DNA of 64,000 bases from contig DATEUA010000141.1 in the NCBI GenBank assembly GCA_035283405.1, positions 8,984 to 72,983 of the forward strand, in the 5' to 3' direction. The notes beneath the pieces are model-generated. The model was given only the letters and a program-made list of their open reading frames with translations, was not told where the DNA came from and did no database searches. This DNA comes from Thermoplasmata archaeon. GTDB lineage: Archaea > Thermoplasmatota > Thermoplasmata > RBG-16-68-12. Below are positions 45,798 to 55,487 of this stretch, one piece after another. The position numbers were made by a program, and so were the translations under genes. Every line of letters begins with the position of its first letter. The first letter of the stretch is position 1.

Positions 45798-46288
45798 CGG
45801 CGTCGCGCCGGTCCGACGCGCCTTCCCCCGCGCGTGGGACGCCGCCGCGCCGCGGCGGGCCTCTCTTGCTCTCGGAGCCACTCCCCGACCCTCCTCACGA
45901 TCTTCCGCGTCCCGTCCAGGTCCCCCTCGAACCTCGGAAGCCGGACGATCTTGATCCGGAGGCCACGCTTCCGAGCCTCGTCCTGGATGTGGTCCTCGTT
46001 GTGGGCCTGGTCGAATCCGAGGACGATGACGTCCGGCCGGAGCTCCGGAAGGATGTCGTAGATGTTCCCCTCGAGGCCGAGGATCGCCCGGTCGACAGAC
46101 TTGAGCGCGGCAACCATCTTGACGCGGGAGGCCTCGGAGTTGATCGGTTCGTGCTTGACCCGCCGGGCCGTGCTGTCCCGCGCCACGACAACGACGAGCT
46201 CGTCCCCAAGTTTCCGCGCCTCCGAGAGGAAGGAGACGTGACCGGGATGAAGGAGATCGAAGACCCCCGTCGCCATTACCCGGACCAT
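45794..46288 (-). CDS. ribL: FAD synthase (cytidylyltransferase family)
   Basis: MATGVFDLLHPGH, LVVVVARD, PDVIVLGFDQ; located inside the rib operon. Confidence 0.88.
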   Translation of the reverse strand: MVRVMATGVFDLLHPGHVSFLSEARKLGDELVVVVARDSTARRVKHEPINSEASRVKMVAALKSVDRAILGLEGNIYDILPELRPDVIVLGFDQAHNEDHIQDEARKRGLRIKIVRLPRFEGDLDGTRKIVRRVGEWLREQERPAAARRRPTRGGRRVGPARRR

Positions 46289-46974
46289 GCGCGCCACGCT
46301 CGGACGATGTCCTGCCCTTCGAGGAAGACGAGATTTCGCGCGCGCGCATATGCCTTTGCATCTTCCTTCGAGCGGGCGCGGCCGTCGTCCGACATCATCT
46401 CGCACAGCGTGACGCTCGGGACGAGCCGCGCAAGGATTGCAAGGGCCGTGCCCAGTTCTGTGTGTCCGCGGCGGGCTTCGAGGAGCGGCTCCGCCGAGTT
46501 CAGGAGGGGCACGTGCCCGGGCGAACGGAACTCCTGCGCGAACGCCCGTGACGCCCATCCGTTCTCGCGGCGCAGCGCCTCTCGCGCGAGGGTCGCGAAC
46601 CGTCCGATCGTCAGGGCTCGGTCCCGGTCCGTCACACCGGTGAACGTGTCCCGGTGGTTGATCGAAATCGAGAACGCGCTGTGCCGATCGTATCGCAGGT
46701 CCTCCCGGGACACATCGAGGAGGAGGGGGTGCTCGCGGGCCGCGGACTTCAGGATGTCCGCCATGAACGGGAGACCGAGTCGCTCGCGGACGGTCCCGGC
46801 GACCGTCGTGCAGATGAGACCGCCCGCGTCCTTGCGCATCGTCCGGACCGCCTCGGGGGTCATGAACTCGCTCGCGACGACGAGATCGGTCTCTTCCTCC
46901 CGGCCGTCCGCGTCGTAGAGGAGCACGAACTCCCCGCGCCGGATGGACTCCATCGCCCGGGTCAGGTCATCCAC
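46276..46974 (-). CDS. ribB: 3,4-dihydroxy-2-butanone 4-phosphate synthase
   Basis: DADGREEETD, GGLIC, SAFSISINH, TGVTDRDR, FRSPGHV, RRGHTE, CEMM. Confidence 0.93.
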   Translation of the reverse strand: MDDLTRAMESIRRGEFVLLYDADGREEETDLVVASEFMTPEAVRTMRKDAGGLICTTVAGTVRERLGLPFMADILKSAAREHPLLLDVSREDLRYDRHSAFSISINHRDTFTGVTDRDRALTIGRFATLAREALRRENGWASRAFAQEFRSPGHVPLLNSAEPLLEARRGHTELGTALAILARLVPSVTLCEMMSDDGRARSKEDAKAYARARNLVFLEGQDIVRAWRAWSG

Positions 46975-46994
46975 GGGAACGGGGACGGGTCCGA

Positions 46995-47036
46995 ATTATT
47001 TCAACGTTTTTGTAGTTACCAATTTCATGGTTATCG
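46995..47036 (-). promoter_or_regulatory. rib operon promoter with adjacent imperfect palindrome
   Basis: AT-rich island; minus strand AAAAACGTTGAAATAA (BRE/TATA) about 25 nt before ribB; GTTACCA-N6-TGGTTAT at 47015-47034. Confidence 0.5.
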
Positions 47037-47067
47037 TTCGCGCGCAGACGGCTGTGTCGGAGGGCTT

Positions 47068-48135
47068 ATGGAGGCCTGCTTCTTTCCGAGCCCGTTGCTC
47101 GAGCCGGAGGCGGTCGCTCGCATGGACCCGGGGGGGATGCGCGACATCATCAGGTCGCTTCCGGAGCAGCTTGCGGAGGGAGCTCGCCGCGCTCTGGGGA
47201 CGCCCGCGGAACTCCGCGGGGCGCAGCGGATCTTCCTCGCGGGCATGGGCGGATCCGCGATCGCCGCGGACATCTTCGCGGCGTGGGTCGCGGAGCGGGC
47301 CCGCCTCCCGCTCCGGATCGTGCGCGACTACCGTCTGCCTCCGTCCGCGCAGGCGGGCGACGTCCTCGTGTCGATCAGCTACTCCGGGGACACGGAGGAG
47401 ACGCTCGCCGCGACGTCGCACGGGCTCAAGTTGGGGTGCCGGCTCATCGCGATCACGTCGGGCGGTTCGCTCGCGAAGATCGCGCACGACGCGGGCGCCC
47501 AAGTCCTCGACGTGCCGACAGGATTGCCGCCGCGCGGCGCCTTCGGACATCTCTTCGGCGTGCTCCCGGGCGTCGCGGAGGACTGGATCTACGGCGACCT
47601 GCGAGGTGAGCTCGAGATGGCGATCGTTCACCTGAAAGCCCTCCGTGAGCAGTTCCGTCCCGAGGTCGGCCATCGGAAGAACCGGGCGAAACTCCTCGCG
47701 TCGAAGCTCCGGGGACGCGTGCCGATCGTGTACGGGGCCGGGCCCATGGCATCCGTCGCGATGCGGTGGCAGACCCAACTCAACGAGAACGCGAAGGTCC
47801 TCGCCTTCTCCTCCTCCTTTCCGGAGGCGGACCACAACGAGCTCGTCGGCTGGTGCAGCGACCCCCGGGCGAGGCGATTCGCGCCGGTCCTGCTCCGCGA
47901 GGCGGGCGAGAGTCCCGCCCTGAGACACCGCCTCGATGCGACCGCCGCGATGATGAGCTCGTACACGACGGTCCATCAAGTGACCGACGAGGACGACGCG
48001 CCGCTGGATCGCATGCTCGGGCTGTTGTATCTCGGGGACTACGTGAGTCTGTACCTGGCGGCCCTGCTCGGGGTCGACCCGCTGCCCGTCAGACCGATCG
48101 AGGAGCTCAAGGCGCGACTCGCGAGCCGACCGTGA
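47068..48135 (+). CDS. Bifunctional phosphoglucose/phosphomannose isomerase
   Basis: AGMGGSA, SYSGDTEETL, ITSGG, PPR, RWQTQLNENAK, PEADHNE; start may be TTG 47095. Confidence 0.92.
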   Translation: MEACFFPSPLLEPEAVARMDPGGMRDIIRSLPEQLAEGARRALGTPAELRGAQRIFLAGMGGSAIAADIFAAWVAERARLPLRIVRDYRLPPSAQAGDVLVSISYSGDTEETLAATSHGLKLGCRLIAITSGGSLAKIAHDAGAQVLDVPTGLPPRGAFGHLFGVLPGVAEDWIYGDLRGELEMAIVHLKALREQFRPEVGHRKNRAKLLASKLRGRVPIVYGAGPMASVAMRWQTQLNENAKVLAFSSSFPEADHNELVGWCSDPRARRFAPVLLREAGESPALRHRLDATAAMMSSYTTVHQVTDEDDAPLDRMLGLLYLGDYVSLYLAALLGVDPLPVRPIEELKARLASRP

Positions 48136-48145
48136 AAAGGCGGAG

Positions 48146-48229
48146 CGCCGCGGGGGAGATTTGAACTCCCGAGGCCTCGCGGCCACCAGCTCTCCAGGCT
48201 GGCGCCCTACCGGGCTAGGCGACCGCGGC
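48146..48229 (-). tRNA. tRNA-Ser (GGA), no intron, CCA not encoded
   Basis: GCCGCGG acceptor stem, CCAGC-CTGGAGA-GCTGG anticodon arm, long variable arm GGCCGCGAGGCC, GGGAG-TTCAAAT-CTCCC T arm; TTTAATA upstream. Confidence 0.97.
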
Positions 48230-48301
48230 AACGAGTATCCGCGCGATTCTTTGCGGCGTATTAAACGTTGGCCGGCCGAAACCGGAGGACGCGAGGTCGT
48301 C

Positions 48302-49447
48302 TCACGACGCGGCGAACGCTCGTGCGGCCTCGACCCGCTCTCGCCCCGAGGGATGACTGTAAAGCAGCCACACCTCCCATCGCGTCGGGTGGGCCACCCC
48401 GAGGTTCTTGTCGTGGAGCTTCGCAATCGCGGACGCGAACGCGGCGGGCTTCGTCGTGAGCTCGAGCGCGAAGCGGTCCGCACGTCGCTCGCGACGCCGC
48501 GACCACCAAAGATCGATCGGGCTCGTTGCGAGGGAGAGGAGCCCGGCCCACAGGGCGAGGACGGGCAGTCCGCCGAGGTTCGTCCGGGATGCGAGCAGGA
48601 ACGTACGGAACGTCAGGGCGTACAGGATGCCGACGGCGGCTGCCACACCGAGCGACACGGTCACCGTGTACACGAGGCCCGTGAACGGGTCGCGGAACTT
48701 CTCGTGGCCGAGTTCGTGGGCGAGAACCGCGTCGATCTCGTCATGACTGTAGTCCGACAGGAGCGTGTCTGTGACGACGATTCGGCGCGTCCGGCCGTGG
48801 CCCATGACGCCCGCGTTCGAGCGCCGGGTCTTCGCCGAGGCACCGAGTTCGTACACCCCGACGACCGGCACCCCGGCGGCGGTCGCGAGGGCCTCGATCC
48901 GAGAACGGAGGGAAGGATCCTGCACGGGCCTCGACCGGAAGAACATGGGCACGAGGAGGACCGGCGCCAGGATGCTGAGTCCGAACGCCGTGAGCGCGCC
49001 GAGGGCCCACGCCGCGAGCCACCACCAGTCGGGGGAGGTCGCGAGGAGCCAGAGAAGGACCTCGCCGCCGAGGACCGTTGCCCCGAGGCCCAGCACGAAC
49101 CCCTTCCCCTGGTCTCGGAGCCAGGAGCCGCGCGTCCGGGACGACAGATCCGCTTCCACCTCCCAGCGGTACCCACTCACGTAGGCGAAGGGGAGCAGGA
49201 GGCCCGATCCGACGGAGTACAAGATCGTGATGAACGCGGCCGTCCGAGCCCAGGATGGCGCGGGGACTCCTTCAACCCAGGAATCCAGCATGCGGGAGCC
49301 TCCCGCGAGCAAGGCGACGAGGAAGCCGGCGAGGAGCGAGGCGCGGGCCCCGGCAAGCCACCGTCGCCGGGTCCGCAGTCGACGCGCGAAAGCCTGACGT
49401 TCCTGGTCGAACCCCCAGGCGTCCACGCCCACGAGGCTCACTTCCAC
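48302..49447 (-). CDS. M48-family (Ste24/HtpX-like) membrane zinc protease
   Basis: SNAGVMG, RRIVVTDTLL, VLAHELGH, ERRADRFA, SHPS..ER. Confidence 0.9.
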   Translation of the reverse strand: MEVSLVGVDAWGFDQERQAFARRLRTRRRWLAGARASLLAGFLVALLAGGSRMLDSWVEGVPAPSWARTAAFITILYSVGSGLLLPFAYVSGYRWEVEADLSSRTRGSWLRDQGKGFVLGLGATVLGGEVLLWLLATSPDWWWLAAWALGALTAFGLSILAPVLLVPMFFRSRPVQDPSLRSRIEALATAAGVPVVGVYELGASAKTRRSNAGVMGHGRTRRIVVTDTLLSDYSHDEIDAVLAHELGHEKFRDPFTGLVYTVTVSLGVAAAVGILYALTFRTFLLASRTNLGGLPVLALWAGLLSLATSPIDLWWSRRRERRADRFALELTTKPAAFASAIAKLHDKNLGVAHPTRWEVWLLYSHPSGRERVEAARAFAAS

Positions 49448-50394
49448 AGCTTCGGGTACGTGCCCGGGTCCATGAGGACGCGGACCGTGTCCGCGGCGAC
49501 GCCGGACTTGCCGACGACGATCTCGTCAGAGGTCATCGTCGCTTCGGCAAGGGCGACAGCCTCCTCCTTCCCCGTAAAGACGCCCACTCGCTGCGACCGG
49601 CGAATCCCGGGGGAGAGCTTCGCCACGCCCGGCACGGCGAGGTTCGCGCCGTGGCAGATCGCGTCGACCGCGGTGTCCTTCACGACGATTCGCGGAAGGT
49701 GGCCGAGGAGCCGCTCGTGCGGGACGAGGACCCGACGAATCTCGTCCTCGTCGCCGTTCTCTTTCCAGTACGCGAGCGCGTCGCGGAAGACCTGGAGCGG
49801 GCGCGCCTCCGCTTCCGTGAAAGTCGCGGCTCGAGTGCGCCGGAGGTCCACCAGGTTCGCACCGACTCCGAGGGCATCCCCGAGATCCACCGCGAGGGTC
49901 CTCACGTAGGTGCCCGATTCGCATCGGACACGGAACAGGACGTTCCGCCCCGATATCTCGAGAGGATCGAAATCGAATATGCGCCGCGTCCGTTGCTCGC
50001 GTTTCACGGCCGCCCGGACGGGCGGGGTCTGGTAGATCTCCCCGACGAAACGGGCGATCATGGCTCGGACCTTTCTCTCTTCGACGTCCTGGTGGAGCTG
50101 CATCACCCCGACGTACTCCTTGTCTCCCGACAGGACCGCCTCGATCCCCCTCGTCGCGTTCGCGAGGGCGACCGGAAGGACGCCCGTCACCCTCGGATCG
50201 AGCGTACCCGAATGCCCCGCGCGGGGAACGGCGAACATCTCCCGGACCCAGGCGCTCACCTGATGGGACGTCGGGCCCTGGGGCTTGTCGACGACTGCCA
50301 CGCCAAGCCGGATTCGCGCCTCGATCGAACGTTCCTCAGGCCTCGTGCCATGCTTCGAGTCGCGGGTCTCGTGCAGGACGATGAGGTCGCTCAT
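49438..50394 (-). CDS. cbf5: H/ACA RNA-guided pseudouridine synthase Cbf5
   Basis: DKPQGPTSHQV, GHSGTLDPRVTG, KEYV, GTYVR, PUA domain. Confidence 0.95.
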   Translation of the reverse strand: MSDLIVLHETRDSKHGTRPEERSIEARIRLGVAVVDKPQGPTSHQVSAWVREMFAVPRAGHSGTLDPRVTGVLPVALANATRGIEAVLSGDKEYVGVMQLHQDVEERKVRAMIARFVGEIYQTPPVRAAVKREQRTRRIFDFDPLEISGRNVLFRVRCESGTYVRTLAVDLGDALGVGANLVDLRRTRAATFTEAEARPLQVFRDALAYWKENGDEDEIRRVLVPHERLLGHLPRIVVKDTAVDAICHGANLAVPGVAKLSPGIRRSQRVGVFTGKEEAVALAEATMTSDEIVVGKSGVAADTVRVLMDPGTYPKLWK

Positions 50395-50930
50395 GCGGCA
50401 ACCCGCGACCACACGAGCTCGACGATGTCCTCCGGCGCCTTTCCCGCCGAATCGACCACGAGATCGTAGGCGTTCGTATCACGCACCTCGATTCCGTAGA
50501 TCGCCAGGTATCGGGTCCGCTCGGACCGCTCCCGGAAGGAAATCTCGGTTCGGGCCTCGTCGACCGTCTTCCCGTCCCGTCCCGCGACCCGATCCGCGCG
50601 GAGGTCCGCGGGCGCATCGATCCAGACCTTCAGGCACGGGACCCCGCGAAGGGCGAGGAGATGGCCTTGGATCCGACCGTCGACGATCACGTCCGACCCA
50701 AACGTGTCGTGTCGGAGCACGTCTTCGAGCACGCGGCGGTCCAGCTCGCGATCGATCGAGTGGTCACGCTCCGCCTCGCCGGAATACGCGACGATGTCCT
50801 TCCCGTGCGCGGCGGCCATCTGACGGAACATCGCGCCCGCCGACACGAGCACGTAGCCGTACCTCTCCGCGAATCGCTCCGCGACGGTCGTCTTCCCGCT
50901 CCCTGGCGTGCCTCCGATCACGACGATCAT
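50391..50930 (-). CDS. cmk: Cytidylate kinase (archaeal)
   Basis: IGGTPGSGKTT, SAGAMFRQMA, RERSERTRY, YDLVVDS. Confidence 0.92.
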   Translation of the reverse strand: MIVVIGGTPGSGKTTVAERFAERYGYVLVSAGAMFRQMAAAHGKDIVAYSGEAERDHSIDRELDRRVLEDVLRHDTFGSDVIVDGRIQGHLLALRGVPCLKVWIDAPADLRADRVAGRDGKTVDEARTEISFRERSERTRYLAIYGIEVRDTNAYDLVVDSAGKAPEDIVELVWSRVAA

Positions 50931-50939
50931 GGAGGGTCC

Positions 50940-51647
50940 TCAGGCCGCGTCGCCCGCCCCCGGGTGGAGGGACAGGCCCATGTCCTGGAGCTTCCTGCGG
51001 AAGCTCACGAACTTGAGGACGCGGGCGACGATCTGGCCGAACGGGATGGCGAGGAGGGAGTACAGCAGGAGCCACGACGGAAACACGTAGACGTCCGTAA
51101 GCAGCGTGTTTGAGGACCACGGGACCGCGATCCAATGGTTTCCGAGCTGCGCGAGACTCTGCTCGACGAATACCCGGACCCAGTTGAACACCACGATGAA
51201 CATGAACCAGGTGAGGGCCATCGACTTCATCGGAGCGAACTGGAGATCCATCAGCTCCTTCTGCGACCCCCGATACATGTCCTGGAGCTTCTCCAGTTTC
51301 GCCTTGTTCCCCTTGCGGACCGCATCGAGGCGCTCTCTCTGCCACGCACGGAGCCACTTCTGGGTCCGGGCCTGGCGCACCCAGTCCGTGAAGTAGTGAC
51401 GCAGGACCGACGAGATCGTCGTCGTCAGGAGGCCCGCGAGGAGGATCGTCAGCACGGGGAAGCCGCCGCCGAAGCCAATCACGGGCGCGAAGACGACGTT
51501 CGCCGCGACCGCGAAGCCCGCGGAGAGTCCCGGGTCGAACATCGTCCACAGCGCGAGGAGGAACAGGAAAATCATGATGAAACGGGACACGCTGGGCGTC
51601 TGCACGGTCGGTCGAGGCGCCTCCGTCGTCGCCGTTTCGTCCGCCAC
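50940..51647 (-). CDS. DUF106 / EMC3-TMCO1 (Oxa1 superfamily) membrane insertase
   Basis: TM-coiled coil-TM layout, TDW...QFAPMKSM, WLLLYSL; conserved position before cmk; GTG start at 51647. Confidence 0.85.
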   Translation of the reverse strand: MADETATTEAPRPTVQTPSVSRFIMIFLFLLALWTMFDPGLSAGFAVAANVVFAPVIGFGGGFPVLTILLAGLLTTTISSVLRHYFTDWVRQARTQKWLRAWQRERLDAVRKGNKAKLEKLQDMYRGSQKELMDLQFAPMKSMALTWFMFIVVFNWVRVFVEQSLAQLGNHWIAVPWSSNTLLTDVYVFPSWLLLYSLLAIPFGQIVARVLKFVSFRRKLQDMGLSLHPGAGDAA

Positions 51648-51703
51648 GGCTTCGCCAATGGGGCCGTTCCTATAAGAGTTTGTCAGCCGGGCGCGGCACG
51701 CGT

Positions 51704-52069
51704 TCAGCCGCCTTGGGGTGCGGAGGGTCCGCCGAGGGCGCTCTGGATCTTCTCTCCGAGACCTTCGTACTTCTCGGTGAGAGACTTCTCCTGCTTCTGC
51801 AGGGATTTCACGCGGATCGTCAGCGTCTCCTGGTGCTCCTCGAGCTCCTTCTTCAGGCTCTCGCGGTCGTCCTGCCGGACGAGGAGCATCCCGATGCTCT
51901 TGTACACGGGGGTCTTGGCTTCGATCTTGCCGAGCTCTTCGAGGGTGCCTTGGACCTCTCGGAGTTTCGCCTCGAGCTGGAGCCTCTGGCTCCCCAAGAC
52001 CTGGAGCTGCTGCTGCAGGTTCTGATACTGGGCGATCTGGTTCTGGAGCTGCGGGGAGATCTCCTTCAT
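51704..52069 (-). CDS. pfdB: Prefoldin subunit beta
   Basis: MKEISPQLQNQIAQYQNLQQQL...VYKSIGMLLV; coiled coil. Confidence 0.93.
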   Translation of the reverse strand: MKEISPQLQNQIAQYQNLQQQLQVLGSQRLQLEAKLREVQGTLEELGKIEAKTPVYKSIGMLLVRQDDRESLKKELEEHQETLTIRVKSLQKQEKSLTEKYEGLGEKIQSALGGPSAPQGG

Positions 52070-52302
52070 GCCTTCGCCTCGGAATGGACGCGGGCCGCCA
52101 CATCCGCCCATCGGAGGTACGAGTTGACGGCCGCCCGGAGGGCGCTCGTGTCCTCCGCCTCGATCTCGATGGACACCCGCCCGGCGCGGCCCCGCAACGC
52201 GACGCGGGCCTTCGGGACGTCTCGCCCCGCCTCGGGGCTCAAGGCCTGTCGAACGACGTCCGCCTGCGGGCCCTCCAATGTGATCGTCGCCCGATGCGTC
52301 AT
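52066..52302 (-). CDS. pcc1: KEOPS complex subunit Pcc1
   Basis: ALSPE...IEIEAEDTSALRAAVNSYLRW; ATGA overlaps on both sides. Confidence 0.9.
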   Translation of the reverse strand: MTHRATITLEGPQADVVRQALSPEAGRDVPKARVALRGRAGRVSIEIEAEDTSALRAAVNSYLRWADVAARVHSEAKA

Positions 52303-52433
52303 CGGGACTTCACGACCTTCTTCACGTTCGGGCGTTCCTTGTAGAAAATCTTCGAACCGCAACGCTCGCACTGAATCCCGACCGTGTTGATGTTCGTCCG
52401 GATCGGCTCGTAACAGACTCCGCACTTGTACAC
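52299..52433 (-). CDS. rpoP: DNA-directed RNA polymerase subunit P (Rpo12), 44 aa
   Basis: Manual translation from GTG: MYKCGVCYEPIRTNINTVGIQCERCGSKIFYKERPNVKKVVKSR; below the ORF-track cutoff. Confidence 0.92.
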   Translation of the reverse strand: MYKCGVCYEPIRTNINTVGIQCERCGSKIFYKERPNVKKVVKSR

Positions 52434-52434
52434 G

Positions 52435-52728
52435 TCAGGCCTCCTCCGGCTCCTTCGCTTCTTCGCCCGCCTCCTCGACGAGCGGGACCTCTCGCTTGAA
52501 GCTCGTCGTCACGACGGGCCGGTACGCGCCGCCGGCGAACACGGCGCCGCAATGGCGACATGCCCACACCCCCGACGAGCGCCTCTTCACGGCGACGTGC
52601 TGGCACGTCGGGCACACATACTTCTGTCTCAGACCCTCCTCGATCTCCTGGACGCGGCGCCGAATCCGCACGCCGTACCGAGGCCCGAAGCGGGCGACGA
52701 CACCGACCTTTCGCGTGCGACGTGCCAT
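52435..52728 (-). CDS. rpl37ae: 50S ribosomal protein L37ae (eL43)
   Basis: [33 protein letters not shown]. Confidence 0.95.
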   Translation of the reverse strand: MARRTRKVGVVARFGPRYGVRIRRRVQEIEEGLRQKYVCPTCQHVAVKRRSSGVWACRHCGAVFAGGAYRPVVTTSFKREVPLVEEAGEEAKEPEEA

Positions 52729-52736
52729 GAGAATCC

Positions 52737-53513
52737 TCAGGGGTGAAGCAACGGGCGGATCGACGCTCCGACCTGCTGGCTGGTCTCGATAATCCTCTTG
52801 ACTTCGTCGTAAGTGAAGCTTCCACTTAAGCCTTTTTGCATCGCGCGGATGTCTCCGTTCTCGTCCGTCGTCACGGTGAGCCGCGCGTCGGCCATCCGCT
52901 CCTCGTCGAGGCTCGGGTCCACGAGGAGCAGGTCCTTGATCTTCGCGGTCGTCACGCTCACGGGCCAGTGTTCCACGGGGAGTGCGAAGTCGTCCCCGAG
53001 TCCGTGCGTCTTCGCAGGCACGACCGTCGTCCCGAGGGCCGCCACGGCCCCGTACGACGCCGCATCGAACAGGTTCCCGTCGTAGTCGAGCACGTGGATG
53101 TCGATGAACATGATCCAGACCTTCTCCTTTGGGGTCACGACCAGCTTCGAGACATCGACCATCTTAGACTCCCGGATCCCGCGGTCGACGACCCGGGCGA
53201 TTTCGATCGAGTCCGGCCTCGGCGGACCCGCCTCGAACGTCGGGCTCGCCATCGGGATCAGCTCGACGCTCGTGGACAAGACCCCGGAGTTCGGGGTGTC
53301 AGGATAGGGCACGCCGGGAGCCATCTTGACGCCCACGAGGACCTCCGTCGTGCCGAACTTCACGCGGGCACTCCCCTCCGCGGTCTTCACGTATCCCGTC
53401 TGGACGGAAAGTGGACGCGGCTCCGCAAGGGCCCGTCCGTCCGCGCGCTGCCCCGCCTTCGCGAGCCGGTACACGTACTGGCGCATGAGCTCCGAGACGA
53501 TCTCTTCGCTCAT
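52737..53513 (-). CDS. rrp42: Exosome complex component Rrp42
   Basis: [52 protein letters not shown]. Confidence 0.95.
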   Translation of the reverse strand: MSEEIVSELMRQYVYRLAKAGQRADGRALAEPRPLSVQTGYVKTAEGSARVKFGTTEVLVGVKMAPGVPYPDTPNSGVLSTSVELIPMASPTFEAGPPRPDSIEIARVVDRGIRESKMVDVSKLVVTPKEKVWIMFIDIHVLDYDGNLFDAASYGAVAALGTTVVPAKTHGLGDDFALPVEHWPVSVTTAKIKDLLLVDPSLDEERMADARLTVTTDENGDIRAMQKGLSGSFTYDEVKRIIETSQQVGASIRPLLHP

Positions 53514-54355
53514 GGGCCACCCGCCCCCCCGAGATCCATGTCGAACTCCGAATCGATCGAATCCGTCGACCCCTCCGGGCGCCCTTGCGCGGGGGCCACC
53601 GGCTCCTTGAGAATCTCCTCGAGGGTCGTCGAGTACCGCCGCTGCAGGGCGTCCCGCTGCATCTCGTAGATCTTCCGGGTCGCGTCGAGGGACAACCCCA
53701 TCGCCTTCTGGAATTCGGCGTACGTCAGGTGGCCGTCCATCTGGAGCAGGACGAGGTCCCCCGTGCGCGGGACGACGGCCATGGGGCAGTCCGCCTCGCC
53801 GAAGTTGTCCTCATCCTTGTTCAGGTCGAGGGCGACGACGCCGCCGATCTTGCCACTGGCACACGAGGTCACGAGGCCCTTCATCGGAACGCCGGCGTCC
53901 GCGAGGGCGACGGAGGCCGCGGTCAGGCCCGCGCACCGGGTCCCGGCGTCTGCCTGGAGGACCTCGATGAAAATGTCCACCGACGTCCGGGGGAATTGTT
54001 CCTTGATCACGACCGCGGAGAAGGCCTCCGAGATGATCTTGGAGATCTCGACGGACCGTCGGTCGGGTCCCGGCCGCTTCCGGTCCGAGACGCTGAATGG
54101 CGCCATGTTGTAGCGGCACTGGACGAGGGCCCGCGCGGGGTCCTGGAGGTGCCTTGGATGGGCCTCCCGGGGCCCGTACACGGCGGCGAGGACCTTGTTC
54201 CCACCCCACTCGATGTACGCGGAGCCGTCCGCACGTCCGAGGACGCCCGCCTCGATCCGGATCGGTCGCAGTTCGTCGAACCGACGGCCGTCCAATCGGA
54301 CGCCCTTCTCATCGATCAGCTTCACTTTCTTCGGGATGTGTTCTACGTCTTCCAT
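53510..54355 (-). CDS. rrp41: Exosome complex exonuclease Rrp41
   Basis: RLDGR...ELRP, ADGSAY, AVYGPRE, YNMAPFS, QADAGTR, ED. Confidence 0.95.
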   Translation of the reverse strand: MEDVEHIPKKVKLIDEKGVRLDGRRFDELRPIRIEAGVLGRADGSAYIEWGGNKVLAAVYGPREAHPRHLQDPARALVQCRYNMAPFSVSDRKRPGPDRRSVEISKIISEAFSAVVIKEQFPRTSVDIFIEVLQADAGTRCAGLTAASVALADAGVPMKGLVTSCASGKIGGVVALDLNKDEDNFGEADCPMAVVPRTGDLVLLQMDGHLTYAEFQKAMGLSLDATRKIYEMQRDALQRRYSTTLEEILKEPVAPAQGRPEGSTDSIDSEFDMDLGGAGGP

Positions 54356-54383
54356 AGATATCCGACCATGTGGCCTGGGCCCG

Positions 54384-55064
54384 TCATCCGCCTCGCCGGG
54401 CGCGGGACAGGAAGTCCTTCACGAGCTCCGTGAGTCCCACCGCCTGGGCCCTCTGTTCGACGAGTTTGATCGCGCGCACCGCGAGGGCGATATCCTCGTC
54501 CCGGCCGTCGAGCCAGATCCGCCCGTTCTGGCCCACGTAGACCCCGCAGCGGGTCCCTTCCTTGATCAGGCTGATCATGCTCCCCTGCCGGCCGATGACC
54601 CGCGGAACCTTCATCGGCTCAATCTCGAGGAGCTGACCGCCTTGGACCCTGCGGGCCTCGCGGTCCTGCATCGTGAGCTGGACGCGGTTCGCCTCGTCCA
54701 CGCTGAGGACGTGACACAGGAGGACGTCCCCGACGTTCAGATAGCGACGCGTGTCGCCGAACTCGACATGCCACGGGGATTCCGTCGCGTGGAGGGGCGC
54801 GGGATACGGGGAGTTGATGTCCACGAGCCAGTGGGACGCGCCGAGATCGACGATCTCGCCGACGACCGCGTCACCCGGCTGGGGAATGTATCGGCCGGCG
54901 AGGGGCACTACGGAGACGAGGCCGTCCCGCTCGTCCACCACGCCGAGGTGTGCCGCGTAGATTTGACCGCCGTCGCTGAATGTCCCAGGCCCGGGTTTCA
55001 ACCCACGGCCGCCCACGCTCTCACCAGGAATGACGATCTGGCGAGTCGGGCCACTGCTGTCCAT
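54384..55064 (-). CDS. rrp4: Exosome RNA-binding protein Rrp4
   Basis: [43 protein letters not shown]. Confidence 0.95.
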   Translation of the reverse strand: MDSSGPTRQIVIPGESVGGRGLKPGPGTFSDGGQIYAAHLGVVDERDGLVSVVPLAGRYIPQPGDAVVGEIVDLGASHWLVDINSPYPAPLHATESPWHVEFGDTRRYLNVGDVLLCHVLSVDEANRVQLTMQDREARRVQGGQLLEIEPMKVPRVIGRQGSMISLIKEGTRCGVYVGQNGRIWLDGRDEDIALAVRAIKLVEQRAQAVGLTELVKDFLSRARRGG

Positions 55065-55487
55065 CGAGTTCTCTCTCTCACGTCGACCGCGTCGAAAAGG
55101 AACGGCCTACTTGAGGTTTTGGGTCGACCGCGGAGTGAGATTCGAGGCGGAGGCTTCGAATCAGATTCCTGAGCCGGAACGAGTCGACTCCCGGGCTCCC
55201 GTTCCACGTTCACGAGGTACGTCCCGAGGACGGATACTGCCGTCCAGGACGGCAGGTCCCGCGCGAGCCGATCGCCTTCGTCGGAGCCGATATCGAGTCG
55301 ACCGTCTGCCATGCGATCAGCGAACGCGAGGAGCGTCGGACCTTTGAAAGCCCATAGGAACACCACAATCGCGAGCAGGAGGGCTCGAGGAATCTTGATG
55401 TGCCTCGCTCGGCGTGAGATCGGCCGGGCCCGAAGGTCCGAGGGTCCGGCCGTCGAGGGGCCCCACCGAGTCCGGAGAGGGCACCCG

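Noticed and set aside
45798..46558. Apparent long N-terminal extensions or fusions among ribB, ribL and ribC
   Set aside because: They are overlapping open frames in GC-rich DNA; each enzyme has its own stop and homology start.
48136..48300. tRNA-Ser as an integration site for a mobile element
   Set aside because: No integrase, no duplicated tRNA 3' end seen, and housekeeping genes on both sides.
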